The notes under the pieces: generated by a model
Database searches by the model: none
What the model was told of the DNA's origin: nothing
The model's input: only the letters and a program-made list of their open reading frames with translations
Origin: an uncultured Acidobacteriota bacterium
GTDB taxonomy: Bacteria > Acidobacteriota > Blastocatellia > RBC074
Length of the DNA: 64,000 nt
Direction of reading: 5' to 3'
Assembly (NCBI GenBank): GCA_902825875.1
Contig: CADECP010000038.1
Span: 1,915 to 65,914, forward strand
Position numbers and translations under genes: made by a program
Shown here: one piece after another, positions 17,259 to 27,275 of the stretch
How positions within the stretch are numbered: position 1 is the first letter of the stretch
Layout of the letters: each line of letters starts with the position of its first letter

Positions 17259-20200
17259 ATGAGAAAAGCATTTTTGAGTTTGTCGCTCTTGCTCATCGCA
17301 GCCGCGATGCTGATTTCAGATAACCGCAGTTCGGCGCAGGAGCGTCCGCTGTTGGTTCGCAAACCGACGATGAATCGCACGCACATCGTTTTTCAGTATG
17401 CTGGCGATTTGTGGAGCGTGCCGCGCGCAGGTGGCGAAGCCACTCGGTTGACCAATGGAACCGGCGGCGAAGGGAACGCTGTCTTTTCGCCCGACGGCCA
17501 GACCGTAGCTTTCACTGGTGAATACGACGGAAACACTGACGTTTTCACAGTGCCTGCTTCGGGCGGAGTTCCGAAACGAGTGACCGCTTATCCCGGCGTT
17601 GACGCTTTGTCCAACTGGACTCCCGATGGCAAATCGCTGTTGTTCCTTTCCGAACGCAGCAGCGAATCGCGCCGCTTCATGAAGCTCTTCACCGTGCCAG
17701 CCACCGGCGGGTTGCCTGCCGAAGTTCCGCTGCCCACCGGACACGAAGGCTCATTCTCGCCGGACGGATCGAAGCTGGCGTATGAACCGCTGCCGCGCGC
17801 CTTCAACGCCTGGAAGCGGTATCGAGGCGGGCACGCTTCGTACATTTGGATTGCCGCGCTCAGCGATTCCAGCACAGAAAAAATCCCGCGCGAAGATTCC
17901 AACGACTTCAATCCGATGTGGATTGGAGATAAGGTTTATTTTCTGTCTGACCGCGACGGCGCAATCACGTTGTTTGCTTACGACACCAAAACCAAGCGCG
18001 TGTCGAAGCTCATCAACAACACCGGGCTGGACATTAAATCAGCCACGGCGGCGACCACAGGTGATGCGATTGTTTACGAGCAGTTCGGTTCGCTGAACAT
18101 CTTCGACTTGAAATCCAACCGCAGCACAAAGGTCAACGTGACCATCAACGCCGATCAACTGGCTGTGCGTCCGAAGTACGAACGAGTCGGCCAGCGCATC
18201 AACGGCGCAGCCATTTCGCCAACCGGCGCTCGCGCTGTGTTTGAAGCTCGCGGTGAAATCCTGAGCGTCCCGGCTGAAAAAGGCGATGCTCGTAATCTGA
18301 CCAGCACGACCAACGTCGCTGAACGTGATCCTTCGTGGTCGCCAGACGGAAAGTGGATTGCCTATTTCAGCGATGCTTCCGGCGAATACGAACTCCACCT
18401 GCGCGATCAAAAAGCCGCTGGCGAAGTCAAAAAGATCAAACTTGAGCCAAGCTTTTATTACAACCCGCAATGGTCGCCTGATAGCAAGAAAATCGCTCTC
18501 AGCGACAAACGCGGCAATATGTGGTTGGTGGATGTCGAAACCGCTCAGCCGAAAAAATACGACACAACGATTTTTGCTGGAGCCAACGGCGTCAGTTGGT
18601 CTTCAGACAGCCGCTGGCTGACTTACGGCAAACCTCTGAAATCGTATTACAGCGCGGTTTATGTTTATTCGCTGGAAGACGGCAAGACGGTTCAGATCAC
18701 CGACGGCATGAGCAACGCCGGTTCGCCTGTCTTCGACAAAAGCGGCAAATACATTTACTTCACGGCCAGCACAGACACCGGGCCGAAACTTTCCGGCTTC
18801 GATATGTCTTCGTATGCTCATCGCCCGACGAGCAGCGTTTATGTCGCCGTGTTGAGAAAAGATTTGCCTTCGCCGCTGGCTCCTGAAAGCGACGAAGAAA
18901 AGGTGCAGAACCCCGACCGTGAGGGAGGGGCTGACGCAGCCAAGCCTGCTGACAAGCCAGAAGAGAAAAAAGCTGATGCTGCGGCTGCGGCAAAACCTGC
19001 CGAGAAGAAAGAGGCTCCGAAGGTCGCAATTGATTTCGACAACATCGGCCAGCGTATTCTGGCTTTGCCGATTCCGAACAAAAACTACGTTGGTTTGGAT
19101 GCTGGTAAGCCCGGAACTTTGTGGATTGGCGAATTTCCAGAAGGCGCACAAGGAGCCACGCTCCACAAATTCGATTTGGAAAAGCGCAAGCTGGATAAAG
19201 TGATGGACAACATCCAGACGCTGACCTTTTCGGCCAACGGCGAAAAGATGCTGTACCGAATGGGGCCGGGCTGGTTCATTGCGGCAACGGCTATGGCGGG
19301 AACGCCTGCTTTCAAACCCGGCGAAGGCAGATTGAAAACCGAAGACATGGAAGTTTTCGTTGATCCCAAAGCCGAGTGGCAGCAGATGTACCGCGAAACC
19401 TGGCGCATCGAACGCGACTTCTTTTACGCGCCGAACTATCACGGGCTTGACCTGAAAGCGACCGAGAAGAAATACGAGCCTTACGTGCAAGCGTTGGTTC
19501 ATCGCTCGGATTTGAATTACCTGTTTCAGGAAATGCTGGGCGAATTGACTGTCGGCCATCTGTACGTCAACGGCGGAGACATTCCCGATCCGAAGCGCAT
19601 CGCTGGTGGATTGCTCGGAGCCGATTACAAGATTGAAAACGGGCGCTATCGCTTTGCCAAAGTTTTCAACGGTGAAAACTGGAATCCGCAACTTCGCGCT
19701 CCGTTGACGCAACCAGGAGTCAATGTCGTCGCGGGCGAATATCTGCTGGCTGTCAAAGGCCGCGATTTGACCGCCGCCGACGACATTTACGCTTTGTTTG
19801 AAAGCACGGCAGGCAAACAGGTGACGCTCAAAGTCGGGCCAAATCCTGACGGAACTGGTTCGCGCGATGTTGTCGTCGTTCCCGTCGCCAGCGAAGGCGC
19901 GCTTCGTAACCTGGCCTGGGTCGAAGACAACCGCCGCAAAGTCGAAAAGATGAGCGATGGCCGACTGGCTTACATTTATCTGCCGGACACTGCCGGGGGC
20001 GGTTACACCTTCTTCAACCGCTACTTCTTCTCGCAACTCGACAAACAAGGCGCGGTGGTGGATGAACGCTACAACAGCGGAGGCCACGCGGCGGATTACG
20101 TCGTTGATTACCTGAAGAAACCGCTCAACAGTTTTTGGGCTGGCCGCGACGGCATAGATTTTCGTCAGCCTGTCGCCACGATGCCCGGTCCGAAAGCTAT

Positions 20201-20621
20201 GTTGGCCAATGAATACTCCGGTTCGGGTGGAGATTATCTGCCCTACCTGTTCCGCCGTTACGGCATAGGCCCGATTATCGGCAAACGCACGTGGGGCGGT
20301 CTGGTTGGAATCGGAGGTTATCCGACGTTGATGGACGGCGGCAGCGTGACGGCTCCGCACTTCGCGTTTTACACGCCTGAAGGGAAATGGGACATCGAAA
20401 ATCGAGGCGTCGCGCCCGACATCGAAATTGACCTCGACCCCAAAGCCTGGCGCGAAGGCCGCGACGTTCAGCTTGAACGCGCCGTCAATTACCTGCTGGA
20501 AGAACTGAAGAAAAATCCGCCGAAGGAATACAAACGTCCGCCGTATCCCGATTACCACAAAGCCAATCCGATTGCTCCGGCTTCGGGCGGGCAATCGGCG
20601 AAAAACGGCAGCCAGCAGTAA
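17259..20621 (+). CDS. Tricorn-protease homologue, paralogue 2.
   Basis: The 1120-aa protein is colinear with paralogue 1 at roughly 55-60% identity by eye. It has the same propeller/PDZ/S41 order and a Lys/Ala/Glu-rich linker insert. Confidence 0.75.
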   Translation: MRKAFLSLSLLLIAAAMLISDNRSSAQERPLLVRKPTMNRTHIVFQYAGDLWSVPRAGGEATRLTNGTGGEGNAVFSPDGQTVAFTGEYDGNTDVFTVPASGGVPKRVTAYPGVDALSNWTPDGKSLLFLSERSSESRRFMKLFTVPATGGLPAEVPLPTGHEGSFSPDGSKLAYEPLPRAFNAWKRYRGGHASYIWIAALSDSSTEKIPREDSNDFNPMWIGDKVYFLSDRDGAITLFAYDTKTKRVSKLINNTGLDIKSATAATTGDAIVYEQFGSLNIFDLKSNRSTKVNVTINADQLAVRPKYERVGQRINGAAISPTGARAVFEARGEILSVPAEKGDARNLTSTTNVAERDPSWSPDGKWIAYFSDASGEYELHLRDQKAAGEVKKIKLEPSFYYNPQWSPDSKKIALSDKRGNMWLVDVETAQPKKYDTTIFAGANGVSWSSDSRWLTYGKPLKSYYSAVYVYSLEDGKTVQITDGMSNAGSPVFDKSGKYIYFTASTDTGPKLSGFDMSSYAHRPTSSVYVAVLRKDLPSPLAPESDEEKVQNPDREGGADAAKPADKPEEKKADAAAAAKPAEKKEAPKVAIDFDNIGQRILALPIPNKNYVGLDAGKPGTLWIGEFPEGAQGATLHKFDLEKRKLDKVMDNIQTLTFSANGEKMLYRMGPGWFIAATAMAGTPAFKPGEGRLKTEDMEVFVDPKAEWQQMYRETWRIERDFFYAPNYHGLDLKATEKKYEPYVQALVHRSDLNYLFQEMLGELTVGHLYVNGGDIPDPKRIAGGLLGADYKIENGRYRFAKVFNGENWNPQLRAPLTQPGVNVVAGEYLLAVKGRDLTAADDIYALFESTAGKQVTLKVGPNPDGTGSRDVVVVPVASEGALRNLAWVEDNRRKVEKMSDGRLAYIYLPDTAGGGYTFFNRYFFSQLDKQGAVVDERYNSGGHAADYVVDYLKKPLNSFWAGRDGIDFRQPVATMPGPKAMLANEYSGSGGDYLPYLFRRYGIGPIIGKRTWGGLVGIGGYPTLMDGGSVTAPHFAFYTPEGKWDIENRGVAPDIEIDLDPKAWREGRDVQLERAVNYLLEELKKNPPKEYKRPPYPDYHKANPIAPASGGQSAKNGSQQ

Positions 20622-20689
20622 ACGAGTAACCGCGCGGGATAACGCAATCACGCCGATTGCGTTATCCTGCACGGCGAAAGGAGTTTGTT

Positions 20690-21115
20690 ATGAAAACTTA
20701 CGATGTGCTTGTTGAGCGACATAATGGAGGGTATCGCGCTATCGTGCCGACTCTGCCTAACTTGATTGCCGAAGGGGCGACTCCGGATGAAGCTGTCATC
20801 AACGTTAAGCAGACAATTGAGGAATTTTTCAAGTCTGTTGAGGTGAGAACAGTTACCGTTGATCTGTCATCCGGGAAATTCGCGCTTGCTGAAAAGTGGC
20901 TTCAGGAGGCCAGAAGGTCCCACCAGAATGCTGAAGGAGTACCAGGTTTGGACAAGCGAAGCCCGCGCATTTGGCTTGAGACTGCGGGAATGTTCGCGGG
21001 CGATGAAGAAGCGATGTGGCAGCACATTGAAGAAATAGAGGCTGAGCGTCGTCGGCAACGTGAGGAAGTTGAACGCGAGTACGATCTGCTTGAAGCCAAA
21101 GGAAAGGGCGAATGA
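20690..21115 (+). CDS. HicB-like/UPF0150-family antitoxin-like protein, probable partner of the downstream PIN toxin.
   Basis: The N-terminal YRAIVPTLPNLIAEGATPDEAVINVKQTIEEF matches the HicB/UPF0150 fold signature. An AAAGGAG ribosome-binding site is present. Its stop overlaps the vapC start by 4 nt. Confidence 0.45.
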   Translation: MKTYDVLVERHNGGYRAIVPTLPNLIAEGATPDEAVINVKQTIEEFFKSVEVRTVTVDLSSGKFALAEKWLQEARRSHQNAEGVPGLDKRSPRIWLETAGMFAGDEEAMWQHIEEIEAERRRQREEVEREYDLLEAKGKGE

Positions 21116-21537
21116 AGTTATACGTGTTGGATACAAGCGTCTGTGGTTTCGTACAAAATCGTTATCCGGCGACGATGCAACACGTCCAAAATGCTTTGGG
21201 ACAGGGCGATGCAGTTGTAACCACGATTGTCGCTTTTGGCGAAGATTTAGGAGGTTGGTTGCCCGCCTGTCGTAGAGCTAAAACCGGACTTGAAAGAGAG
21301 AAAGCCTATCTTCGATTGCAGACTGGATTGGAGTTTTACCTGACAAAAGACTGCCTTCCTTTTGACCGAACAGCCTCGCATATTCTCGATAACTTGGTGG
21401 CTCAAAAAATCCGTGTTGGCACAAACGACCTGGCAATTGCCGCCATCACGCTTTCGGTTAATGGCATTCTGGTGACGCGAAACACTGTGGATTTTGAACG
21501 TGTCCCAAACCTCGTCATCGAAGATTGGACAGTGTGA
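21112..21537 (+). CDS. vapC: PIN-domain ribonuclease toxin (VapC family).
   Basis: The LYVLDTSV N-terminal Asp is present, together with the conserved acidic residues (FGEDLGG, TNDLAIAAI, TRNTVDFERV). The protein is 141 aa. Confidence 0.75.
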   Translation: MKLYVLDTSVCGFVQNRYPATMQHVQNALGQGDAVVTTIVAFGEDLGGWLPACRRAKTGLEREKAYLRLQTGLEFYLTKDCLPFDRTASHILDNLVAQKIRVGTNDLAIAAITLSVNGILVTRNTVDFERVPNLVIEDWTV

Positions 21538-21555
21538 GGTTCGAGAAAAAGCTTT

Positions 21556-22020
21556 ATGAACCTTTCTGAGATTCGTTACTACTTTTCAAAAGATGATTTG
21601 CTCGCCTTGCTGAAACTCTTGGCTATTCCAGCCGGGCTGGTTTTCGTCATCTTTTTGCTGTGGGCGGGCAGTGAAGTAAAAGAGCGACTTGCTAATCCGA
21701 CGTTGCCAGGTCTTCGGCGGTTAGCTGAAAAAGAGTTGTTGCCGGGCACGGATAAGGCTGCGGTTATTTCTTTCCTTGATCGTAATCAGATTGGGCATGG
21801 CACGTATGAGCCAGTTACCGAAAATGAGAGGCAGTTATCGATGGAATTTGACGACTATAAGATCAAAGAAAATTTGAGCCGTATTCGCTACAGAATTAAT
21901 GGCGGAAGAGATGTCTCCAATTGGCGTTGGGTTTTGGGCTGCTGGATGACGATCTGGGTTTATTTCGATGAAGAAGGGAAGCTGATTGATTATCAACTGC
22001 ACGGGTTTTGTGATGGTTGA
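21556..22020 (+). CDS. Hypothetical membrane protein.
   Basis: It has a single N-terminal transmembrane helix (LLKLLAIPAGLVFVIFLLWAG) and no recognisable motifs. Confidence 0.4.
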   Translation: MNLSEIRYYFSKDDLLALLKLLAIPAGLVFVIFLLWAGSEVKERLANPTLPGLRRLAEKELLPGTDKAAVISFLDRNQIGHGTYEPVTENERQLSMEFDDYKIKENLSRIRYRINGGRDVSNWRWVLGCWMTIWVYFDEEGKLIDYQLHGFCDG

Positions 22021-22056
22021 AGCAGACTGTGCGGTTTCTGAAAAGGAAAATACACG

Positions 22057-25000
22057 ATGACAAAAATAACTTTGGTAACCACGTTTCTAGTCGCTCTTGC
22101 AGGCATTGGCCTAGCTCAGGAATCACCGCTGTTGTTGCAGCGTCCGACTTTGAGCAAGACGCACATCGCTTTTAACTTCGCCGGTGATTTGTGGATCGTC
22201 GAACGCGGTGGTGGCGAAGCGAAACAATTGACCACCGGAGTCGGCGTCGAAATCGAGCCGATCTTTTCGCCGGATGGTTCGCAAATCGCCTTCACCGGAC
22301 AGTACGACGGCAACACGGATGTGTTTGTCGTCGCGGCGACCGGCGGAGTTCCGAAGCGGCTGACGTTTCACCCCGGCGGCGATCAAGCTGTTGGCTGGAC
22401 TCCTGACGGCAAGCGCGTGTTGTTCAGTTCAGCGCGCAGCAGCTTTTCGCCTACGCCGCGGTTGTTCACGATTGGAACCGATGGAGCCGGATTGCCGGAA
22501 GAAATTCCTTTGCCGATGGCGGAGCGTGGTTCGTATTCGCCCGACGGAGCTTCTCTGGCTTATGAGCCGCTGGTTCAATGGCAGCCCGAATGGAAGCATT
22601 ACAAAGGCGGCCAGCAGGATGTGATCTGGATTGCCAGGCTTAGCGATTCGACGATTGAAAAGCTGCCGCGCGCCAATTCCAACGACAAAAGCCCGATGTG
22701 GCCCTCTTTTGGAAACGCCGACAAGGTTTACTTCCTGTCTGATCGGAACGGCGCAGTGACGCTGTTTTCGTTCGACACCAAAAACAAAAAGATTGCTCAG
22801 GTCGTCAACAACAACGGACTCGACATCAAATCGGCTTCGGCCAGTTCGGATGCGATTGTTTACGAACAGTTCGGCGCGATTTATGTGCTCGACCTGAAAA
22901 CCAACCAGTCGCAGAAAGTGAACATTCGCGTCAACGCTGATCTGGCTTCGGTGCGTCCGCGCTTTGAGCGAGTCGGCCAACGCATCAGCGGCGCGGCGAT
23001 TTCTCCGGCAGGCGCGCGAGCGGTCTTTGAAGCGCGTGGCGAAATCCTGAGCGTTCCGGCGGCCAAGGGCGATGCGCGCAATTTGACCGGGACTCCGGGC
23101 GTGATGGAACGTGATCCGGCGTGGTCTCCAGACGGAAAATGGATCGCTTATTTCAGCGACGAATCCGGCGAATACGCTTTGCACCTGCGGAATCAAACCG
23201 GCGTCGGCGAAGTCAAAAAGATCAGCCTGGGCAATCCCTCGTCGTTTTTTTATTCGCCTGTCTGGTCGCCCGACAGCAAGAAAATCGCTTTCACCGACAA
23301 ACGGTTGATCCTTTGGTACGTGGACATTGAAAAGGGAACGCCGGTCAAAGTAGACACCAACACTTATGAAAATCCCTGGCGCGTGATGGATCCAAACTGG
23401 TCGCCGGATAACAAGTGGATCACTTACACCAAGCAGTTGAAGAACCGTATGTGCGCGGTCTTCGTGCATTCGCTGGAAACCGGCAAGTCCACGCAAATCA
23501 CCGACGGATTGAGCGACGCGCGTTTTGCGAACTTCGACAAAAACGGCAAATACCTTTACTTCACTGCCAGCACTGACGCCGGGCCGACAACTGGCTGGCT
23601 GGATATGTCCAGCTTCCCGCACCAGACGACGCGAAGCGTTTATGTCGTGGTGCTGAAGAAAGGCGAAGCTTCGCCGCTGGCTCCTGAAAGCGACGAAGAA
23701 AAGATTGCCGAAGAAAAGAAAGACGAAGCGCCTAAAGCTCCTCCGCAAAAGAAAGAAGTCGTCGTCACGATTGATTTTGAAGACATCGGCCAGCGCATTC
23801 TGGCTTTGCCGATTCCTGCCAAAAACTACATCGGGGCGGGTGTGGCAAAGTCTGGCCTGTTGTTCCTGATGGAAGGCGCGGGTGGTGGTTTGTTGGGCGG
23901 CGGCCCGGCAACGCTTCACAAATTCGACCTGGAAAAACGCAAGTTCGACAAGGTGATGGACGGCATTACGGCTTTCGACATTTCTGCCAACGGCGAAAAA
24001 GCTCTTTACCGACAAGGGCCAAGCTGGGTGATTGGCAACGTCGCCAGCTTGGGAGCGCCAATGCCTCCGGGAGCGCCGGGCGGGCCGAACATGTTGAAAG
24101 TCGGCGAAATGGAAGTTTCGATTGATCCCAAAGCCGAGTGGCGGCAAATGTACGAAGAAGCCTGGCGCATTCAACGCGACTTCCTGTACGACCCAAACCT
24201 GCACGGATTGGATTACGCCGCGACCAAGAAAAAGTACGAGCCGTATTTGAACGCCGTCGGCCACCGCGCCGATTTGAATTACCTGTTCGATGAAATGCTG
24301 AACAACATCGGCGTCGGCCATCACTTTGTTCGAGGCGGAGAAATTCCGCGCCCGAATTTTGTGCCGGGCGGGTTGCTCGGAGCCGATTACAAAATCGAAA
24401 ACGGGCGCTATCGCTTCGCGCACGTTTACAGCGGAGAAAACTGGAATCCGGGATTGCGCTCTCCGCTGACGCAACCCGGCGTTGAAGTCAAAGCTGGTGA
24501 ATATCTGCTGGCCGTCAAAGGCCGTAATCTGACGGCGACCGACAACATCTACCAATTCTTTGAAGCGACGGCAGGCAAACAGGTGACGATCAAAGTTGGC
24601 CCGAATCCCGACGGTTCTGGTTCGCGCGAAGTCGTCGTGGTTCCCATCGGCAGCGAAGGCGGGCTTCGCAACCGCGAATGGATGGAAGGCAATCGCCGCA
24701 AAGTGGATCAACTGAGCGGCGGCAAACTGGCATACATTTATCTGCCAGACACTGGCGGAGGCGGTTACACCAACTTCAATCGCTACTACTTTTCGCAAGT
24801 GGACAAAGAAGGCGCGGTGCTGGATGAACGCTACAACGGCGGCGGCACGGCGGCGAATTACATCATTGATATGATGCGACGTCCGTTGATGAACAAATGG
24901 GTGACGCGCGAAGGCGAAGATTTTGCGACGCCTGCGACTTCGATCTTTGGGCCGAAGGTCATGGTTATCAACGAATTCGCCGGTTCGGGCGGAGACATGA

Positions 25001-25410
25001 TGCCGTGGCTGTTCCGCAAAGCTGGCGTCGGCAAAACCGTCGGCAAACGCACTTGGGGCGGTTTGGTAGGCATTTACGATTACCCGTCGCTGATGGATGG
25101 CGGCAGCGTGACGGCTCCGCGCGTAGCGTTTTACAACCTGCAAGGCGAATGGGACGTGGAAAATTACGGAACTCCGGCGGATGTCGAAATCGAACTCGAT
25201 CCGGCGGAATGGCGCAAAGGCCGCGATTCGCAACTGGAAAAAGCCGTCGAAGTCGCAATGGCCGAACTGAAAGCCAAGCCTTTGCCGACGCACAAACGAC
25301 CGGCTGCGTTCCCGAATTACAACAGTCCTGCTTCGCCTGTTTCGGGCAGCAAGACAAAACCGAGCAGTACGACCGGCAAACCTGCCGTGAAAACCGGCGG
25401 ACAGCGGTAA
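22057..25410 (+). CDS. Tricorn-protease homologue, paralogue 3.
   Basis: The 1117-aa protein has the same architecture as the two upstream paralogues. Confidence 0.75.
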   Translation: MTKITLVTTFLVALAGIGLAQESPLLLQRPTLSKTHIAFNFAGDLWIVERGGGEAKQLTTGVGVEIEPIFSPDGSQIAFTGQYDGNTDVFVVAATGGVPKRLTFHPGGDQAVGWTPDGKRVLFSSARSSFSPTPRLFTIGTDGAGLPEEIPLPMAERGSYSPDGASLAYEPLVQWQPEWKHYKGGQQDVIWIARLSDSTIEKLPRANSNDKSPMWPSFGNADKVYFLSDRNGAVTLFSFDTKNKKIAQVVNNNGLDIKSASASSDAIVYEQFGAIYVLDLKTNQSQKVNIRVNADLASVRPRFERVGQRISGAAISPAGARAVFEARGEILSVPAAKGDARNLTGTPGVMERDPAWSPDGKWIAYFSDESGEYALHLRNQTGVGEVKKISLGNPSSFFYSPVWSPDSKKIAFTDKRLILWYVDIEKGTPVKVDTNTYENPWRVMDPNWSPDNKWITYTKQLKNRMCAVFVHSLETGKSTQITDGLSDARFANFDKNGKYLYFTASTDAGPTTGWLDMSSFPHQTTRSVYVVVLKKGEASPLAPESDEEKIAEEKKDEAPKAPPQKKEVVVTIDFEDIGQRILALPIPAKNYIGAGVAKSGLLFLMEGAGGGLLGGGPATLHKFDLEKRKFDKVMDGITAFDISANGEKALYRQGPSWVIGNVASLGAPMPPGAPGGPNMLKVGEMEVSIDPKAEWRQMYEEAWRIQRDFLYDPNLHGLDYAATKKKYEPYLNAVGHRADLNYLFDEMLNNIGVGHHFVRGGEIPRPNFVPGGLLGADYKIENGRYRFAHVYSGENWNPGLRSPLTQPGVEVKAGEYLLAVKGRNLTATDNIYQFFEATAGKQVTIKVGPNPDGSGSREVVVVPIGSEGGLRNREWMEGNRRKVDQLSGGKLAYIYLPDTGGGGYTNFNRYYFSQVDKEGAVLDERYNGGGTAANYIIDMMRRPLMNKWVTREGEDFATPATSIFGPKVMVINEFAGSGGDMMPWLFRKAGVGKTVGKRTWGGLVGIYDYPSLMDGGSVTAPRVAFYNLQGEWDVENYGTPADVEIELDPAEWRKGRDSQLEKAVEVAMAELKAKPLPTHKRPAAFPNYNSPASPVSGSKTKPSSTTGKPAVKTGGQR

Positions 25411-25432
25411 GCTGTTTGGCCGATCTGTAACC

Positions 25433-25473
25433 AAAAGCGCGAGCGTTGAGTGATTTCAATGCTCGCGCTTTTT
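25433..25473 (+). terminator. Rho-independent terminator of the tricorn paralogue 3 gene.
   Basis: AAAAGCGCGAGCGTTGAGTGATTTCAATGCTCGCGCTTTTTATTT is a GC-rich hairpin followed by a T-tract. Confidence 0.6.
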
Positions 25474-25492
25474 ATTTGTCGGTCGCCAAATC

Positions 25493-25520
25493 TTGAAAGT
25501 TTTCGTTCACCCGATACAAT
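25493..25520 (+). promoter_or_regulatory. Sigma-70-like promoter for the DUF692 gene.
   Basis: TTGAAA, a 16-nt spacer and TACAAT lie about 8 nt upstream of the ATG at 25528. Confidence 0.4.
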
Positions 25521-25527
25521 CCGGTTT

Positions 25528-26409
25528 ATGCCAACATTTGCAGAAAAAGTAAGCCGGTTGCCGCGCCTGGGTGTCGGCCTTTCGGGTGAGTTCAACATTG
25601 CCGCCAAAGGCATGAATGTGAATTGGGTGAAGGAAGATTACCCGGACTTGATTCACTTTTATGAGTACGGCGGCGATTTGGAACGTGGCCTGGACGATGG
25701 TGTTCGCCAATGGGCGGCGAACGGGTTGCCGACGACGTATCACTTTCTGGACATCAACCTGGAAGAGAAGATTGATCTCGATGCGCGCTGGATTGCCGAA
25801 ACGAAACGGCTGGCCAAGGAGATCAATGCGGCGTGGTTGTGCGGAGACGCCGGGCGCTGGCATTTCGCCCAACGCGAACGCGGTCACGGCGTATTGATGC
25901 CTCCGATCCTGTGCCGCGAATCAGCCATCGAAACCGCCGAAAGCATAGCCGAAATCGAAGCAGCCACCGGAATGACGGTGTTGCCGGAAAATCCTCCGGC
26001 GGTGATTTACCTGGGCGATTTGCACATTCTGGATTACTTCGCGCTGGTCGCCGACAAAGCCGATTGCGGATTGTTGCTGGATTGCGCGCATCTGGCGATT
26101 TTTCAGCAAACGCGCAACTTGTCGCCGCTCACCGGCCTGGACAACTTCCCGCTGGATCGCGTCGTTGAAATTCACGTCGCGGGTGGAGCTTTCGCCGAAG
26201 TCGAAGGTTACGTTTACATCGAAGACAATCACTCGCCCGAACCTCTGCCAGCCACTTGGGAAATCGTCGAATACGTTCTGCCGCGCGCGAAAAACCTGAA
26301 AGCCATTGTCTTTGAATGCGAACACAACCAGCCGGAAGAATGTCTGCCGGTGTTCGAGCGATTGAATTCGCTGTTTCCCGCCAATCTGGAATTGAGGGCC
26401 GCCGTCTGA
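25528..26409 (+). CDS. DUF692-family protein (MNIO: multinuclear non-heme iron oxidative enzyme; MbnB/TglH/BufB-like).
   Basis: The N-terminal LGVGLSGEF and the central ...LDRVVEIHVAGG... strand match the conserved DUF692 TIM-barrel signatures. The protein is about 294 aa from the ATG at 25528. Confidence 0.75.
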   Translation: MPTFAEKVSRLPRLGVGLSGEFNIAAKGMNVNWVKEDYPDLIHFYEYGGDLERGLDDGVRQWAANGLPTTYHFLDINLEEKIDLDARWIAETKRLAKEINAAWLCGDAGRWHFAQRERGHGVLMPPILCRESAIETAESIAEIEAATGMTVLPENPPAVIYLGDLHILDYFALVADKADCGLLLDCAHLAIFQQTRNLSPLTGLDNFPLDRVVEIHVAGGAFAEVEGYVYIEDNHSPEPLPATWEIVEYVLPRAKNLKAIVFECEHNQPEECLPVFERLNSLFPANLELRAAV

Positions 26410-27275
26410 TGAGCCATCACACGTTGCAAAAACTGATTCCCCGAATGCTTTTTGACGAAGCGTTTACAGCGTCGGTGTATTCCGAACCGGAAAAGACGTT
26501 GGCTGGATTTGATCTGACGGCAGCCGAGCGCGCGCAATTGCTCAGCGTAGATCGTCGCGCGTGGCGATACGATGCTTTGCGAAAGCGGCGCATGCTGCGA
26601 ACGCTGGCCGAAGAATTCAAAAATTCGACGACGATCATTTTGGCGGAAACTCGTTCGCTGGCTTCGCTGGAAACGTATTTTTCCAGTCGTTTTTTTCATT
26701 CGGCGATTCAGGATCGCGGTTCGCTGGCGCGCGGCTTTGCAGAATTTTTGATGGATGGTTGCCAAACTGGCGCGTGGACTTCGCCGCAGATTGCCGATGT
26801 CGTTCGGTTGGAACAGGTGATGGCTGGATGTCGCCGTTCGCTGGCGCGAGAAGGTTACAGCAAAGCTCCTGAATTGCCGTCAAAGATTGACCCTTCCAAG
26901 CGCGTCAAACTCGCCGCCGGGCACGATGTCGCCAGCTTTCAGGGAAAGGTGATCGAAACGATTCAGCATGTCGAAAAATACCTGTTTGAACTCAGTCTGA
27001 TGCCGGCGATGGCGTTGTGCGATGACGCGCCGCGACTCAGCGGATTGCCGCCGGTGGATTCCCAGCGGAAGCTGTATTTTCTGTTTCACCCCAGCGCCAC
27101 CGGAATTTCGATGACCAGCTTGGACAAAGCCGAGTATCTGGTGTTGTACGACGCCAAACACCCTGTCGAAATCAACTCTCTGTTTGTGCGCCACCCTGAC
27201 AAACCTAACTCTACGCCAACCGATACCATAGTGCTGGAATGGCTGGAAGACGGCGCGTTGCGGTTGTCGGATTGA
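26409..27275 (+). CDS. Probable DUF2063-like partner protein of the MNIO enzyme (MbnC/TglI/BufC-like).
   Basis: Its ATG overlaps the DUF692 stop (TGATG), so it is translationally coupled exactly as in known MNIO-partner pairs. The N-terminal LQKLIPRMLFD resembles the DUF2063 start. The call rests mainly on gene context. Confidence 0.45.
   Translation: MSHHTLQKLIPRMLFDEAFTASVYSEPEKTLAGFDLTAAERAQLLSVDRRAWRYDALRKRRMLRTLAEEFKNSTTIILAETRSLASLETYFSSRFFHSAIQDRGSLARGFAEFLMDGCQTGAWTSPQIADVVRLEQVMAGCRRSLAREGYSKAPELPSKIDPSKRVKLAAGHDVASFQGKVIETIQHVEKYLFELSLMPAMALCDDAPRLSGLPPVDSQRKLYFLFHPSATGISMTSLDKAEYLVLYDAKHPVEINSLFVRHPDKPNSTPTDTIVLEWLEDGALRLSD

Noticed and set aside
22429-25434. A 1001-aa minus-strand ORF antisense to tricorn paralogue 3. 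Similar long antisense ORFs occur at 18603-20672, 8815-10017, 1569-2411, 36336-37271, 39463-40464, 55209-56144 and 61714-63006.
   Set aside because: These are arginine- and proline-rich, low-complexity translations of the antisense strand of well-supported genes in GC-rich DNA. They have no motifs or ribosome-binding sites. They are stop-codon-depleted antisense frames typical of high-GC DNA.
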